NCBI RefSeq assembly: GCF_001194135.2
Contig: NC_068991.1
Span: forward strand, 39,420,627-39,464,366
Direction of reading: 5' to 3'
Source of the DNA: Octopus bimaculoides
Taxonomy: Eukaryota
Length of the DNA stretch: 43,740 bases
Of the stretch, positions 1 through 11,005 are shown one piece after another. The position numbers and the translations under genes are program-made. The notes below the pieces were generated by a model. The model was not told the DNA's origin. It saw nothing but the letters and a program-made list of their open reading frames with translations, and made no database searches. Positions within the stretch are counted from its first letter, which is position 1; every line of letters begins with the position of its first letter.

Positions 1-13
1 GAAAAACTACTTA

Positions 14-216
14 TATACATATATATATATTTATGTATATGTATGTATATATATATATGTATATATATATTTATGTGTATATATATATGTATACATGTAT
101 GTGTATATAATATGTATGTATGTATATATATGTATGTATATGTGTGTGTGTGTATGTGTATATATATATGTATGTATGCGTATATATATGTGTGTATATG
201 TATATATATTTATATA

Positions 217-264
<48 letters not shown>
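14..264. repeat. Compound (TA)n/(TG)n microsatellite
   Basis: Directly visible dinucleotide arrays. Confidence 0.95.
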
Positions 265-268
<4 letters not shown>

Positions 269-587
269 CTCTTACTTGTTTCAGTCATTTGATTGTGGCA
301 GTGCTGGAGCACCGCCTTTAATCTAGCAAATCGACCCCAAGACTTATTCTTTTTAAGTCTAGTACTTAGGTTGCAGGGACGTAAACATACGAGCATCGGT
401 TGTCAAGTGATGTTGGGTGGGTGGGGGACAAACACGACGGGCTTCTTTTAGTTTCCGTCTACCAAATCCACTCACAAGGCGTTGGTTGGCCTGAGGCTAT
501 AGTAGAAGACACTTGCCCAAGGTTTCACGCAGTAGGAATGAACCTGGAACCGTGTGGTTGGTAAGCATGCTTCTTACCACACAGCCA
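265..587 (-). mobile_element. tRNA-derived SINE, head type H1 plus tail type T1
   Basis: Minus strand reads tRNA-like head (GGTTCCAGGTTCATTCC box-B-like), then CCTTGGGCAAGTG...CCTTGTGAGTGGATTTGGTAGACGGAAAC, then tail GGTGCTCCAGCA...AAATGACTGAAACAAG. Related heads recur at 25.9, 27.2, 28.2 and 36.7 kb. Confidence 0.8.
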
Positions 588-1062
588 ATCCTTCGTGTGT
601 ATATATATATATCAATCATAACACCACGTGGAAATGCATTTGATTAAAATCGGAATTATGAGCTTAAATAGCACCCATTCTACATCCTCTTACAGGAAGA
701 CCAACACAACTTCAACTAAAACGTAAGGCTTTCTTTACCTAACGCTATTATTATACCACCATATACATTAATATATCCACTAATTGCTTCTCCTACATCT
801 CTCACACCATGAACTCTTAACATACTCCTCAACATTCTGAAGAGATCTGCCAAACCATTTGCCAGATTCAAACGTGCGTAAATGACTAATTACATAATCT
901 CCACAATGACTCATTACATAACCTCCACATAATAAAACAATGGCTAACTAGCCCAACAGAATTGCTTCTTCTTGTATTTGTTGCTCCATTTTCCACATAA
1001 ATATAATTATAAACTACGGTTTAAACAGTAAATTACCTGCCTCTGGATGCCCTCTAACCAAG

Positions 1063-1880
1063 NNNNNNNNNNNNNNNNNNNNNNNNNNNNNNNNNNNNNN
1101 NNNNNNNNNNNNNNNNNNNNNNNNNNNNNNNNNNNNNNNNNNNNNNNNNNNNNNNNNNNNNNNNNNNNNNNNNNNNNNNNNNNNNNNNNNNNNNNNNNNN
1201 NNNNNNNNNNNNNNNNNNNNNNNNNNNNNNNNNNNNNNNNNNNNNNNNNNNNNNNNNNNNNNNNNNNNNNNNNNNNNNNNNNNNNNNNNNNNNNNNNNNN
1301 NNNNNNNNNNNNNNNNNNNNNNNNNNNNNNNNNNNNNNNNNNNNNNNNNNNNNNNNNNNNNNNNNNNNNNNNNNNNNNNNNNNNNNNNNNNNNNNNNNNN
1401 NNNNNNNNNNNNNNNNNNNNNNNNNNNNNNNNNNNNNNNNNNNNNNNNNNNNNNNNNNNNNNNNNNNNNNNNNNNNNNNNNNNNNNNNNNNNNNNNNNNN
1501 NNNNNNNNNNNNNNNNNNNNNNNNNNNNNNNNNNNNNNNNNNNNNNNNNNNNNNNNNNNNNNNNNNNNNNNNNNNNNNNNNNNNNNNNNNNNNNNNNNNN
1601 NNNNNNNNNNNNNNNNNNNNNNNNNNNNNNNNNNNNNNNNNNNNNNNNNNNNNNNNNNNNNNNNNNNNNNNNNNNNNNNNNNNNNNNNNNNNNNNNNNNN
1701 NNNNNNNNNNNNNNNNNNNNNNNNNNNNNNNNNNNNNNNNNNNNNNNNNNNNNNNNNNNNNNNNNNNNNNNNNNNNNNNNNNNNNNNNNNNNNNNNNNNN
1801 NNNNNNNNNNNNNNNNNNNNNNNNNNNNNNNNNNNNNNNNNNNNNNNNNNNNNNNNNNNNNNNNNNNNNNNNNNNNNNNN
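1063..1880. other. Assembly gap (818 N)
   Basis: N run. Confidence 1.
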
Positions 1881-2692
1881 NATGTATATATATATAAATG
1901 GAAGAAAAATGCAATAGAGGGCATTCAGACGGATAGACGATACAAAGGCGGACAAGAGAAACAACTAGGACAGGTAAAAAAAAAGACGGGTCATTCTTGC
2001 CTGTCTTTCATCAGTCAAGTCCCAGAAGTCATGACCATTTTGGGCAGTTACACTTGAGATGGTTTGATCTGGTTGCCCCCAAAGCAATCTAAGTTAAGAG
2101 CATTAGACCCCTTTGTAAGAAATGTGCATGGCAACAAAGACCAAAAAAGCAAACAAACAAAAACTGGAGAACATGGTACACAATTCCAAATACAAGCAGC
2201 AAGAGGTGTCTTTCGACTGAGAACAAATCAAATTTAGCTGGTGTGTATGCAGTGAAAGCCTAAAGGCAGGAACATGGGATATGACACGAGGTGCCGACGG
2301 TCGGCAGTCAGGACAAGAAAGAAAGAACATGGCTGGCCGGACACCGGTCAAGTGGAAAGAAGAGAGATGGGAAAGGGACAGCGGGATTGAAGGATTAGAC
2401 AGAAATCAGAGACAAAGAGAAAGGTACAGAGGAGATATCGAGTGGAAAATAGTGGGAGTTAAAGAAATTTGAGAAGGGGAAGGGTGAGAAAAAGGAAGGA
2501 AGATGAGAGGAGAAATAAATGACAGAGTAAGAGTCGTACAAAATTTAGATACATACCTTCTATAAGGTGAGCACAAGAGTGTATGTACGCTATTATATAT
2601 ATAAATATAAGGATAGAACAAATACGCAATAGAGGGCATTAAAATGTTTAGACAGATAGACGATACAAAGGCGGTCAAGAGAAACAACAATA

Positions 2693-2706
2693 TATATAGA
2701 TGTATG

Positions 2707-2763
<57 letters not shown>
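2693..2763. repeat. (TA)n(CA)n microsatellite
   Basis: Directly visible. Confidence 0.9.
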
Positions 2764-2764
<1 letters not shown>

Positions 2765-2923
2765 AGAGTAGAGAAACTGCCAACAACTGTTGAAGGGACT
2801 TTCTTTGTGCTGTTTGTCTTGTTTTCCATTTGTGTCATTCGTTATTCTAAAAAATAGTTCATATCCCATGTACTCATACTATGTATCTTTTAGTGTACAC
2901 GTTTCGTGAAGTCCTGTGCCCAC

Positions 2924-2924
<1 letters not shown>

Positions 2925-2964
<40 letters not shown>

Positions 2965-3117
2965 NNNNNNNNNNNNNNNNNNNNNNNNNNNNNNNNNNNN
3001 NNNNNNNNNNNNNNNNNNNNNNNNNNNNNNNNNNNNNNNNNNNNNNNNNNNNNNNNNNNNNNNNNNNNNNNNNNNNNNNNNNNNNNNNNNNNNNNNNNNN
3101 NNNNNNNNNNNNNNNNN

Positions 3118-3151
<34 letters not shown>

Positions 3152-3422
3152 GCATATATTTTCTATATGTAATGTACAGATGTATATGAATGTATATGTA
3201 TAAATGTATATGTATGGTGCATATATGTATATATAAGTATGTATATATATATGTATGTATATATATGTATAGATGTGTGTATATATATCTATGTATGCAT
3301 ACATATGCATATAAGTATAAATATATAATTATATATATGAATATATATATACATATATATAATTATATATGTATATAATTATATACATGTGTATATATAT
3401 TTGTGTATATATATTTGTATAT

Positions 3423-3454
<32 letters not shown>

Positions 3455-3550
3455 GTAAATATACATATATATGTAAATATACATATATATGTAAATATAC
3501 ATATATATGTAAATATACATATATATATATAAATACGTATATGTATATAT
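2925..3550. repeat. TA-rich microsatellite/minisatellite tract spanning an N gap (2965-3117), including about 4 copies of an 18-bp unit GTAAATATACATATATAT near 3455-3525
   Basis: Directly visible tandem units. Confidence 0.9.
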
Positions 3551-3600
3551 CATCATCATCATCGTTTAACGTCCGCTTTTCATGCTAGCACGGGTTGGGC
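3551..3600 (-). mobile_element. 3' terminus of an RTE-type retroelement (...CCCGTGCTAGCATGAAAAGCGGACGTTAAACGATGATGATG)
   Basis: (GAT)n tail plus terminal motif that recurs at 13.2, 26.9, 29.2 and 36.9 kb; the RTE assignment is from recall of such termini. Confidence 0.55.
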
Positions 3601-3689
3601 GATTAGCCTTGAGTTGTGCATCAGATCTTGAAGTAATCTGCCAAGAGCCTAAGAAGCCCCCTAATGACTCATCACAAATGATCAATTTG

Positions 3690-4180
3690 CACTTGGGGGA
3701 CGACTTTGAGATCAGGCAGCTCGTCCATCCTCTCCAGAGCGCATTTCAAGCTATTCACATAGGTATGAGTTGAATGAAGTATTGTCTGTAAATTTGCAAT
3801 TAAATGTTTGTCAACACCTTCATTCTTCCTGCACCGCTGGTCAACTTCCTCGTCAGCTCCCATAAAATACACTTGGACAAATTTCAGATCTGCATCTGGT
3901 AAAGGTATTAGGCTCCCCACTCGATGATAGCATTGAACCCTGATTTTGAAAGTTGAAAAGTGACCTTGTTGGGTGAACTCTTACTCTGCACCGAATGATG
4001 TCATCGTGAAGTATGCATTGTATTTCCATATTTTATGACTGAGATTGATACCATTGGGTGTGTTTTGTAGAAGAAGCTGCAGTAATACATCTGGTGGATC
4101 TTGCAGTCTGTCCAGCCTCACACTAAGAACAAGCAGTATTCATTTTGCCAATGGGCACTTGATGATTCATTGTGGGGATA
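3690..4180 (-). mobile_element. Degenerate Helitron RepHel fragment (region upstream of the Rep domain)
   Basis: Minus frame reads DPPDVLLQLL...IWKYNAYFTMTSFGA*...TFKIRVQCYHRVGSLIPLPDADLKFVQVYF...LQTILHSTHTYVNSLKCA. This matches the Helitron pattern YNxxFxMTSFG / FKIxGQxYHRxGSLxP / KFxQxY; contains stops. Confidence 0.8.
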
Positions 4181-5151
4181 AATAACGTTCACACTCTCTG
4201 ATGGTCGCTCTCAGTAACTGCCTTTAGCTTATGGAGTCCTTGTTTTTATAACTATCGAAAAGCAGCCAGAAGGATAGACATTGTTGAGAACAAATGATTT
4301 CGTTGGAGGTCTGTGATTTCCATTCCAGCCTCTGGTGGCCTTAAAGACGTTAGAAGGGTCAAGTGGCAAAGACATTCTGCTTAGTGAAGGCATCTGGGAA
4401 ATGTATAACTGCTGTCATTCACAGAAAAACTATTGTTTTACTGTGAGAAAAGCGCTGTTGAAGTGTTAAGTGAAATTTGGCAATTTAGGATCGAATCTAT
4501 GCTATGCCTGCATGAAGCCACTACAAATACGTTGTGGAATAAAAGATTTATCTACTATCATGGAAAAAGTGTAACTGTAAAAATGCAGAATTATCAGAGT
4601 AATGGGCATTCAAAAAAGTACGTATGTATAGAAATGTATGAATGAAGTCCTTAAGGTTTAAGATTCAAATTAAGGAAGTGCAATAATAATGTTTAGCAGT
4701 TCAAAACTATGAGTAGTGAAATGTAGAACTAGGTCAGCTGATCGTGAGAATCAAATATTGATCACTTTGTTAAAAAATGCAGGTGGTATGGGTTATTTCC
4801 CTTGGGTTGTTTAAACAAAATATTAGTAATATGTAGTAGATAGAAGGATCGATTTGAGGGGCCCTATTATCGAATTTTTTCAACAATCTAAGTATGTCAC
4901 GAGGTTTCCAGACATGAGCTCTACCCACACGTCAAATAAAGTGATATCGTATGCAAAAATTAGAAATTGGACACACATGAAATCGATATTCATAGTAATC
5001 GAACATAAACAATGAAATGGGTTATTACCCTTGATCGTTTAAAAACAGTATTGTGCAGATGGTATGGATTATTTCCCTTGGGTGTTTTAATAATAAATTT
5101 TGTTATATGAGGTAGATATAAAGGTCCCTTCCAGGGGCCGTATTATTGATT

Positions 5152-5251
5152 NNNNNNNNNNNNNNNNNNNNNNNNNNNNNNNNNNNNNNNNNNNNNNNNN
5201 NNNNNNNNNNNNNNNNNNNNNNNNNNNNNNNNNNNNNNNNNNNNNNNNNNN
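5152..5251. other. Assembly gap (100 N)
   Basis: N run. Confidence 1.
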
Positions 5252-5752
5252 GGAAGGTGACGTTGGTAACGATCACGCTCAAATGGTGCTATTTACATGC
5301 CTCCGGCACGGAAGCCAGGCAGCTGCTCTGGCAATGATCACACTCGGACGATGCTCTTAGTGCTCCGCTGGTACAAGTGCCATCACAATTTCGCATTCGC
5401 TTGCCCCAACTTTTCTTTGCAAGCCGAGTTTAGTGTTCAATGAAAGAGACGTTGTCATGGGTGCCAGTCTACAAATTTAGTTCGATTTTGATTTCACTTG
5501 CCTCAACAAGTCTTCACAAGCTGGCTACATCCCTGGCAGAGGCCTTGGATTTTGGTCTCACTTGGCTTGCCGGGTCTTCTCACACACAGCATATTTCCAA
5601 AGGTCTCGGTCACAAGTCATTACCTCGGTGAGGCCTAATGTTCGGAGGTCGTGCTTCACCACCTCATCCCAGGTCTTCCTGGGCCTGCCTCTTTCACGGG
5701 TTCCCTCAACTGCTAGGGTGTGGCACTTTTTCACACAGCTATCCTCATCCAG
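5252..5752 (-). mobile_element. RTE-clade LINE 3' fragment (ORF C-terminus plus 3' UTR)
   Basis: Minus ORF DEDSCVKKCHTLAVEGTRERGRPRKTWDEVVKHDL...DRDLWKYAV*, with the GRPRKTW/DRxxW motif typical of RTE ORF ends. Confidence 0.8.
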
Positions 5753-5761
5753 TTGTGCCAC

Positions 5762-5917
5762 GGTTGTTGGTCTTGGACAGATGTCATTTAGCCTTCTTTG
5801 GATTTCATCTCACAGGTGCCCTATGAGGTTCAAGTCTGGACTTAGGGCAGGCCATGGCACTATCTGGATGTTGTACTGTTGGAAGAAGTCTGTTGTCAAC
5901 CTGGCAGTAGTTCAGTA
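5762..5917 (-). mobile_element. Short Tc1-like transposase remnant
   Basis: Minus frame TARLTTDFFQQYNIQIVPWPALSPDLNLIGHL*DEIQRRL (SPDLNPIEHLW motif), preceded by TA-TACTGAAC resembling the TIR of the 8010-9685 element. Confidence 0.8.
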
Positions 5918-6304
5918 TATATAGATAGTTAAGAGGACTAAAATAACTTTATCAAGAGGTATTTGAATGTATTTTGTGATACACATGCAATTTGAAACTT
6001 GTGAAATTTCTGTATATGCCAACATTTTCTGTTTCGAATACTCGAAAGTTTGCTTAAATGTTTTTTAAATTATCTTTAGATGTTTATTCACTTGTAGATT
6101 TATTCATTTGAAAGATGTTATTGTTTGATTTAAGTATTGGTCAGCTGTTACTTTTCTAAGCATAGACTTAGAATTTGCACATGTTTTGTAGTAGAGCTTT
6201 TTTTGTTTTTGTTATTCTTTAATGAAGCCCTTTTTTCGTTAAACTGCTTTTATATAAAAAAAAAAAAAAAAAAAAATTTGACTTACAAATTTAATATGTT
6301 TCAG

Positions 6305-6928
6305 GTTCAGGGCAAAGATCCTTCAGTGGATATAACTCAAGACGTTGTGGAAGAATCTGAAGATGAGCGCTTTGATGACATGCCTGATGCAGCTCCCCCT
6401 ATTGAGTTGCCTCCGTGTGATTTAAGCAAACTCGAGGAGATCTCAGAACTGTTTAACAACGTGCTTCCGTCGCCTATACGGCGAGAGAAACTCTCAGTAG
6501 CAATAGAAACTGAAAATTACATTAAAAAACTTATAGATTTATTTCATATGTGTGAGGACCTTGATAACATTGATGGATTACATCACCTTTATGACATTTT
6601 TAAGAGTATCTTTTTGCTTAACAAAAATGCTCTTTTTGAGATCATGTTTGCTGATGACATTATATTTGATGTTGTTGGTATTTTAGAATATGACTCTTCT
6701 CTATCTCAGCCAGCTAGACATAGAGAGTACTTACAAAATACATCGCGGTTCAAAGAAGTTATACCCATCACAAATACAGAATTGCGGAACAAAATCCACC
6801 AAACTTACAGAGTACAGTATATCCAGGATGTGATATTACCAACACCTTCAGTTTTTGAAGAAAATATCTTGTCAACATTAAGTTCCTTCATATTTTTCAA
6901 TAAAGTAGAAATTGTTACAATGATACAG
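6305..6928 (+). CDS. PPP4R3: PPP4R3 coding exon (624 nt): [13 protein letters not shown]...[14 protein letters not shown]-1 region
   Basis: tttcag|GTTCAG acceptor, CAG|gtaaat donor; 208 codons matching PPP4R3 motifs [23 protein letters not shown]. Confidence 0.97.
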
Positions 6929-7076
6929 GTAAATATTTTCAATTTAAACAGTTTTTTGCTTTTCAATTTACTATTTTACATTCATCCTTACTTAATCAAA
7001 TGGTTTTTGAATTAATATGACTGCTTTTAATATTTTTCTTTACATTTGTCAGTGGTATTAACATTTAGATAGTTCC

Positions 7077-7225
7077 CAGTGGTTCCCAACATTTTCACTA
7101 CCAAGGAACTTTTATTTAAATGAGTTTTCCCATGGACTCCATGATATTACTTATCGTTATGTGTGTATGTATATATATACGAAATTTTGAATTTAATTCA
7201 TGGGCTCCCAAGTTGGGAACCACCA
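7077..7225. mobile_element. Small hAT-like MITE remnant
   Basis: Inverted termini (CA)GTGGTTCCCAAC ... GTTGGGAACCAC, 12-bp match; no clear TSD. Confidence 0.5.
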
Positions 7226-7904
7226 GTTTAGTCTTTTAATTCTTTTAACATGAGAAGGCTAATCTGTATGTGTACTTTTCTACAGACTTTTAGATAATGT
7301 TTTTGTACCTCATTAAGATGATCTCACCTTTAATATAGAAACATTTGTCAACATTGCTGTCAAATATAACCCCCCCCCCCCCAAATTATATTTTGTTGTT
7401 GGAGATTTTAATTAAGCTTGTTTCTCAATTTTTCATTTTTAACCAACATTTCAGATTTACAAATTTCTGTCTTTTTTAACATTCCCCATTTTCAGAGTGG
7501 ACAGGTTTGCATTGTGAAAATTTAGAATGTAAAACACTTCGTTACACAGTTATTGAATCATTATGTAAACAAGTAGTAATGTTGAATTAAGCTGAATTAT
7601 TGGTTTATTGGTTCTCTTATTGAAAATTGTTCACTTAGATCTGAAAGTAAATAATGTGTACTTTATAATGATTCAGTTTTAACTGCTTACATCTATTGTT
7701 AGTGATTCTTGATACTTCAAATAATTAAACTACTCTCTGGATGAAAAAACAACAAAAGTGAGAACTTGAAGCTCCAAGGATTCTTTATATTTGAATAATA
7801 TTATTGCATTGTAAGTTGTTAGAATATCTGGCAGTTATTGCAGAATCATTGGCATTTGAAAAAGTTATATTTTTTACATCAAGCATACTCCTTGAAAATG
7901 ACCA

Positions 7905-9781
7905 TTAACCCTTTCATTACAGTTTCAATGTATTTTGAAAATAATGAAGAATTAAGTAAAATAATTGTTTTACGAAGCTGGTGTTTGGAACATAAACTAA
8001 CATGAAATACACTGAACCACAAAAGAAACTCGATTTTTTCGAATGTCATTTTCTTATGGTAAATTCTGAAAATTTATTTCAGGGATATAAGTATAAATAT
8101 TCCAAGACATGTTGGTTTATGGCTGAGATCCAAATTACAGGTAACCTTTCAACTTTCCTTGAAATGAGATGCCAAAAGACATCTCATGGAGGTTATGGGT
8201 GTAAAAATCAACGTGAACCGCATTCCTGGCATTCATAATTTGGACGCATTAGGTGTGACCTGATTGTCAGCAGCGCAGAGGGAACAAGCTATCGGTCAAT
8301 TGCTAGTAGGGCAGCGTACCCTGGCTGTTGCGAAAGCTTACAATATCCATGTCAGCACCATCTATTGCCTGCAACAGTGATAAAAGAACACCGGCAGCAC
8401 TGCAGACCATACTCGCAGAGGGCGCCCCCAGGTGACCATGCCCGGGCAGGACCACTTCATCCACCTGTAACACCTCTGTGATCGCTTCAGACTGGCCAGT
8501 GTGACAGTTTGCGAGACCATTGGCACTGGACAGCAACCCATCAGTGATGACATGGTATGACATCAACTGGCTGCCTGCAACAGTGATAAAACAGCACTGC
8601 AGACCCTGCTCGCAGATGGCACCCTTGGGTGACCACACCCAGGCAGCGATAAAACAACACCAACAGCACTGCAGACTATGCACGCAGAGGGTGCCTCTGG
8701 GTGACCACGCCCAGGCAGGACTGCTTCATCCACCTGCAACACCTCTGTGATTGCTTCAGACCAGCCAGTGCGACAGCTCGCGAGACCATTGGCACTGGAC
8801 AGCGACCCATCAACGACAACACAGTACAACATCGACTGGCCGCCAACAACCTGCGTTGCCGTCGTCCTACGGGGGGGGGGCCTCACTCCCCACCACCCCG
8901 TCAAGCACAACTACAGTAGGCTACACAGAACCAACATTGGCAGCGTCAACGATGGAAGTTGATAGTCTTCTCTGAAGAGAGCTGGTACTGCGTTTCCATC
9001 TTGGGTGGCAGAGTGAGGGTGTGGTGTAGGAGGGATGAACACTACAGAGACACGTGTCATGAAGAGAGATGTGCGGAGTGGCTAAAGCATCATGGTTTGG
9101 GGTGCTATAGGCCTGAATCAGAGAATTGGGCCCCGTGTGTTCCAAAATGTTAGTGTAAGCAGAGGGAATGGCATCACAGTGCAGTGCTATGTTGACCAGA
9201 TCATAAGACCTCACATTGTGCCTTTCCACGTCACCATAGCCACATGTTCCAGAAGGACAATGCTGTGGCCAGCTCTTGGCCCGGATTTGAACTCAACTGA
9301 ATGCTTGTGGGACAAAATCCAGAGATGGCTGAATCAGGTGGTCCAAAGGCCGACAGCTCCTGGAACTGGAAGCAGCTTTCTTCAGGGTGTAGGCACAGGT
9401 GCCAATGGCTTTTGTGAACTGCCTCGTGCTCTTCATGTACCAACGGTGTATGGCTGTTTTGAACACCCAGGGAGGGCATACACAGTATTGAACATGTCAT
9501 GCCATACAATCTTGATGTGCTGGATCCACCCACTACCAGAACACATGACAACGACCCATAGACTGTGGTCAAAATGCATCCAAGAAATTGACTTCATCAG
9601 ATTTATCAAAATTTATTTCTGACATAATGAAATTAGAACATATTTCACAGTCACACACGTCTTGTGTTTCTTTTGCGGTTCAGTATATTGATGGAAGTTT
9701 TTAATTTAGCTCACTTTAAAAAAGGAAGTTTGCATCATAGAACTAGGGGCACTCTCAGGTTGGTTGGTATCAAAGGGTTAA
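7905..9781. mobile_element. piggyBac-type MITE (family B), split by the Tc1 insertion into 7909-8009 and 9686-9777
   Basis: TTAA-CCCTTT...AAAGGG-TTAA ends (7905-7908, 9778-9781); the joined halves align to an uninterrupted copy near 10660-10880. Confidence 0.75.
8010..9685 (+). mobile_element. Full-length but decayed Tc1-like DNA transposon (1676 bp)
   Basis: 20-bp TIRs CACTGAACCACAAAAGAAAC (8010-8029) and GTTTCTTTTGCGGTTCAGTA (9666-9685), 18/20 match; TA TSD at 8008-8009 and 9686-9687. Broken transposase: HTH (QREQAIGQL...GRPQVT), VFSEES, MVWGAI, QKDNA, GPDLNSTECLW. Confidence 0.93.
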
Positions 9782-9920
9782 ATAACTTATGTATTACATG
9801 GTTTAATATTGTAGTGTTTTAATAAAAGACAGTTGTCATCTAAAGAATTCTTGAGAACCATATTCATTCATATCTCTGAAACATTTTGATGGAATTGTGT
9901 TTTCTTGGTTTGATATACAG

Positions 9921-10070
9921 GAAGATGAAAAATTCTTAAATAGTTTATTCACTCAACTTACTGATGATGAAACAGATGATGAAAAAAGAAGAGAATTAGT
10001 TCTTTTCCTTAAAGAATTTTGTACATTTTCTCAAACATTACAACCACAAAACAGGGACTCCTTTTTTAAG
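9921..10070 (+). CDS. PPP4R3: PPP4R3 coding exon (150 nt): [10 protein letters not shown]...[10 protein letters not shown]
   Basis: atacag|GAA acceptor, AAG|gtaaat donor; conserved [15 protein letters not shown]. Confidence 0.97.
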
Positions 10071-10657
10071 GTAAATATTTTATTATTTGAACATAAAGAT
10101 TAATAAAAAAACATAACTATTATTTTAAATGCTTTGGGTTAAGTTTTTTGTTTATTACAGCTGAGTAAAATTGAAAACAAAATATTGACCCATGTTTGTG
10201 GGATTGTATAGTATACTTAATATATAAGTATATGCCAAATGAATATATATAAGGCTGTTTTAGCATTTACTGTTTTGTTTTCTACTCAGCAATTATTTCA
10301 TGTTTGAGATAATTTGGTATTTTTATAACATTTTTGTATGTTTAGTTTAAATACTGAGAATTATTGGAAACGTTATTATGAACTTTTTAATTTTATATCA
10401 ATTAAAACATGTATAAAATTCCAGGCATCCTATAAGCAAGAGGATCCAATTTAAAACGTTTTCTTCAAAAATCAATAATTCTTTCTTCTTTCCTGGCTGT
10501 ATGCACAATATAAAACTGGCAATCAAAATAGCATGTTTCTTTAATGCAGCATACGAAATGAACATAATTTTACCAAACAGTATTTGCTATATAGTATAGT
10601 TGCATGTTTTTTAATGTTTTCACTTGTTCCTCACAAGGATTTTGTATGATATATTTC

Positions 10658-10879
10658 TTATCCCTTTTGTTGTTATTTTTCTGTTGCAGTATATTGCCTA
10701 TGTTTGAATTAATTTTGAAAATAATGAATTTAGTAAAATAATTGTCATTATTAAGTTGGTATTTTAAACATAAACAAACTTGAAATTTTGATGGAAGGTT
10801 TTAATATAGATAACTTAGAAAAAAAGATTATATCATAGAACTAGAAGCAGTCTTAGATGAGTTGGTGTAAAAAGGATTA
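10658..10879. mobile_element. piggyBac-type MITE family B, uninterrupted degenerate copy
   Basis: Colinear with 7909-8009 plus 9686-9777 (TTTTGAAAATAATGAA...CATAAAC...TTGATGGAAG...ATCATAGAACTAG...GTTGGT). Confidence 0.65.
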
Positions 10880-10960
10880 TTTGAATTGGAGAGTTTCCTT
10901 TTATATTTTATTACTCTGTTGTTTCAATATTAATTCCAATACAATATTTCTTCCTTACAG

Positions 10961-11005
10961 ACTTTATCTAATCTTGGAATTCTGTCAGCTATTGAAATTA
11001 TTTTG
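10961..11005 (+). CDS. PPP4R3: PPP4R3 coding exon (45 nt): TLSNLGILSAIEIIL
   Basis: ttccttacag|ACT acceptor, TTG|gtaagt donor; fills the gap corresponding to TLAKLGILPALEIVM in vertebrates. Confidence 0.93.

Noticed and set aside
31-396. Several ORFs of 65-121 aa rich in Y/I/C/V/H/T
   Set aside because: Translations of TA/TG microsatellites; the same applies at 2.4-3.6 kb
1981-2020. Minus-strand CTGATGA followed by AAGAC...GACCCGTCTT as a hammerhead
   Set aside because: No GAAA and no convincing stems I or II; at most a very decayed remnant
1007-2057. ORFs of about 290-340 aa in the track
   Set aside because: Artefacts of reading through the N gap
3453-3525. CRISPR-like regularly repeated unit
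   Set aside because: Spacer-less 18-bp TA-rich minisatellite in a eukaryotic intron
6137-7015. 292-aa single-exon ORF as a standalone gene
   Set aside because: Only 6305-6928 is exon; the flanks are intronic read-through beyond clear splice sites
9092-9622. 176-aa ORF as an active transposase
   Set aside because: Covers only part of the DDE region, changes frame relative to the QKDNA motif, and the upstream HTH has stops and duplications
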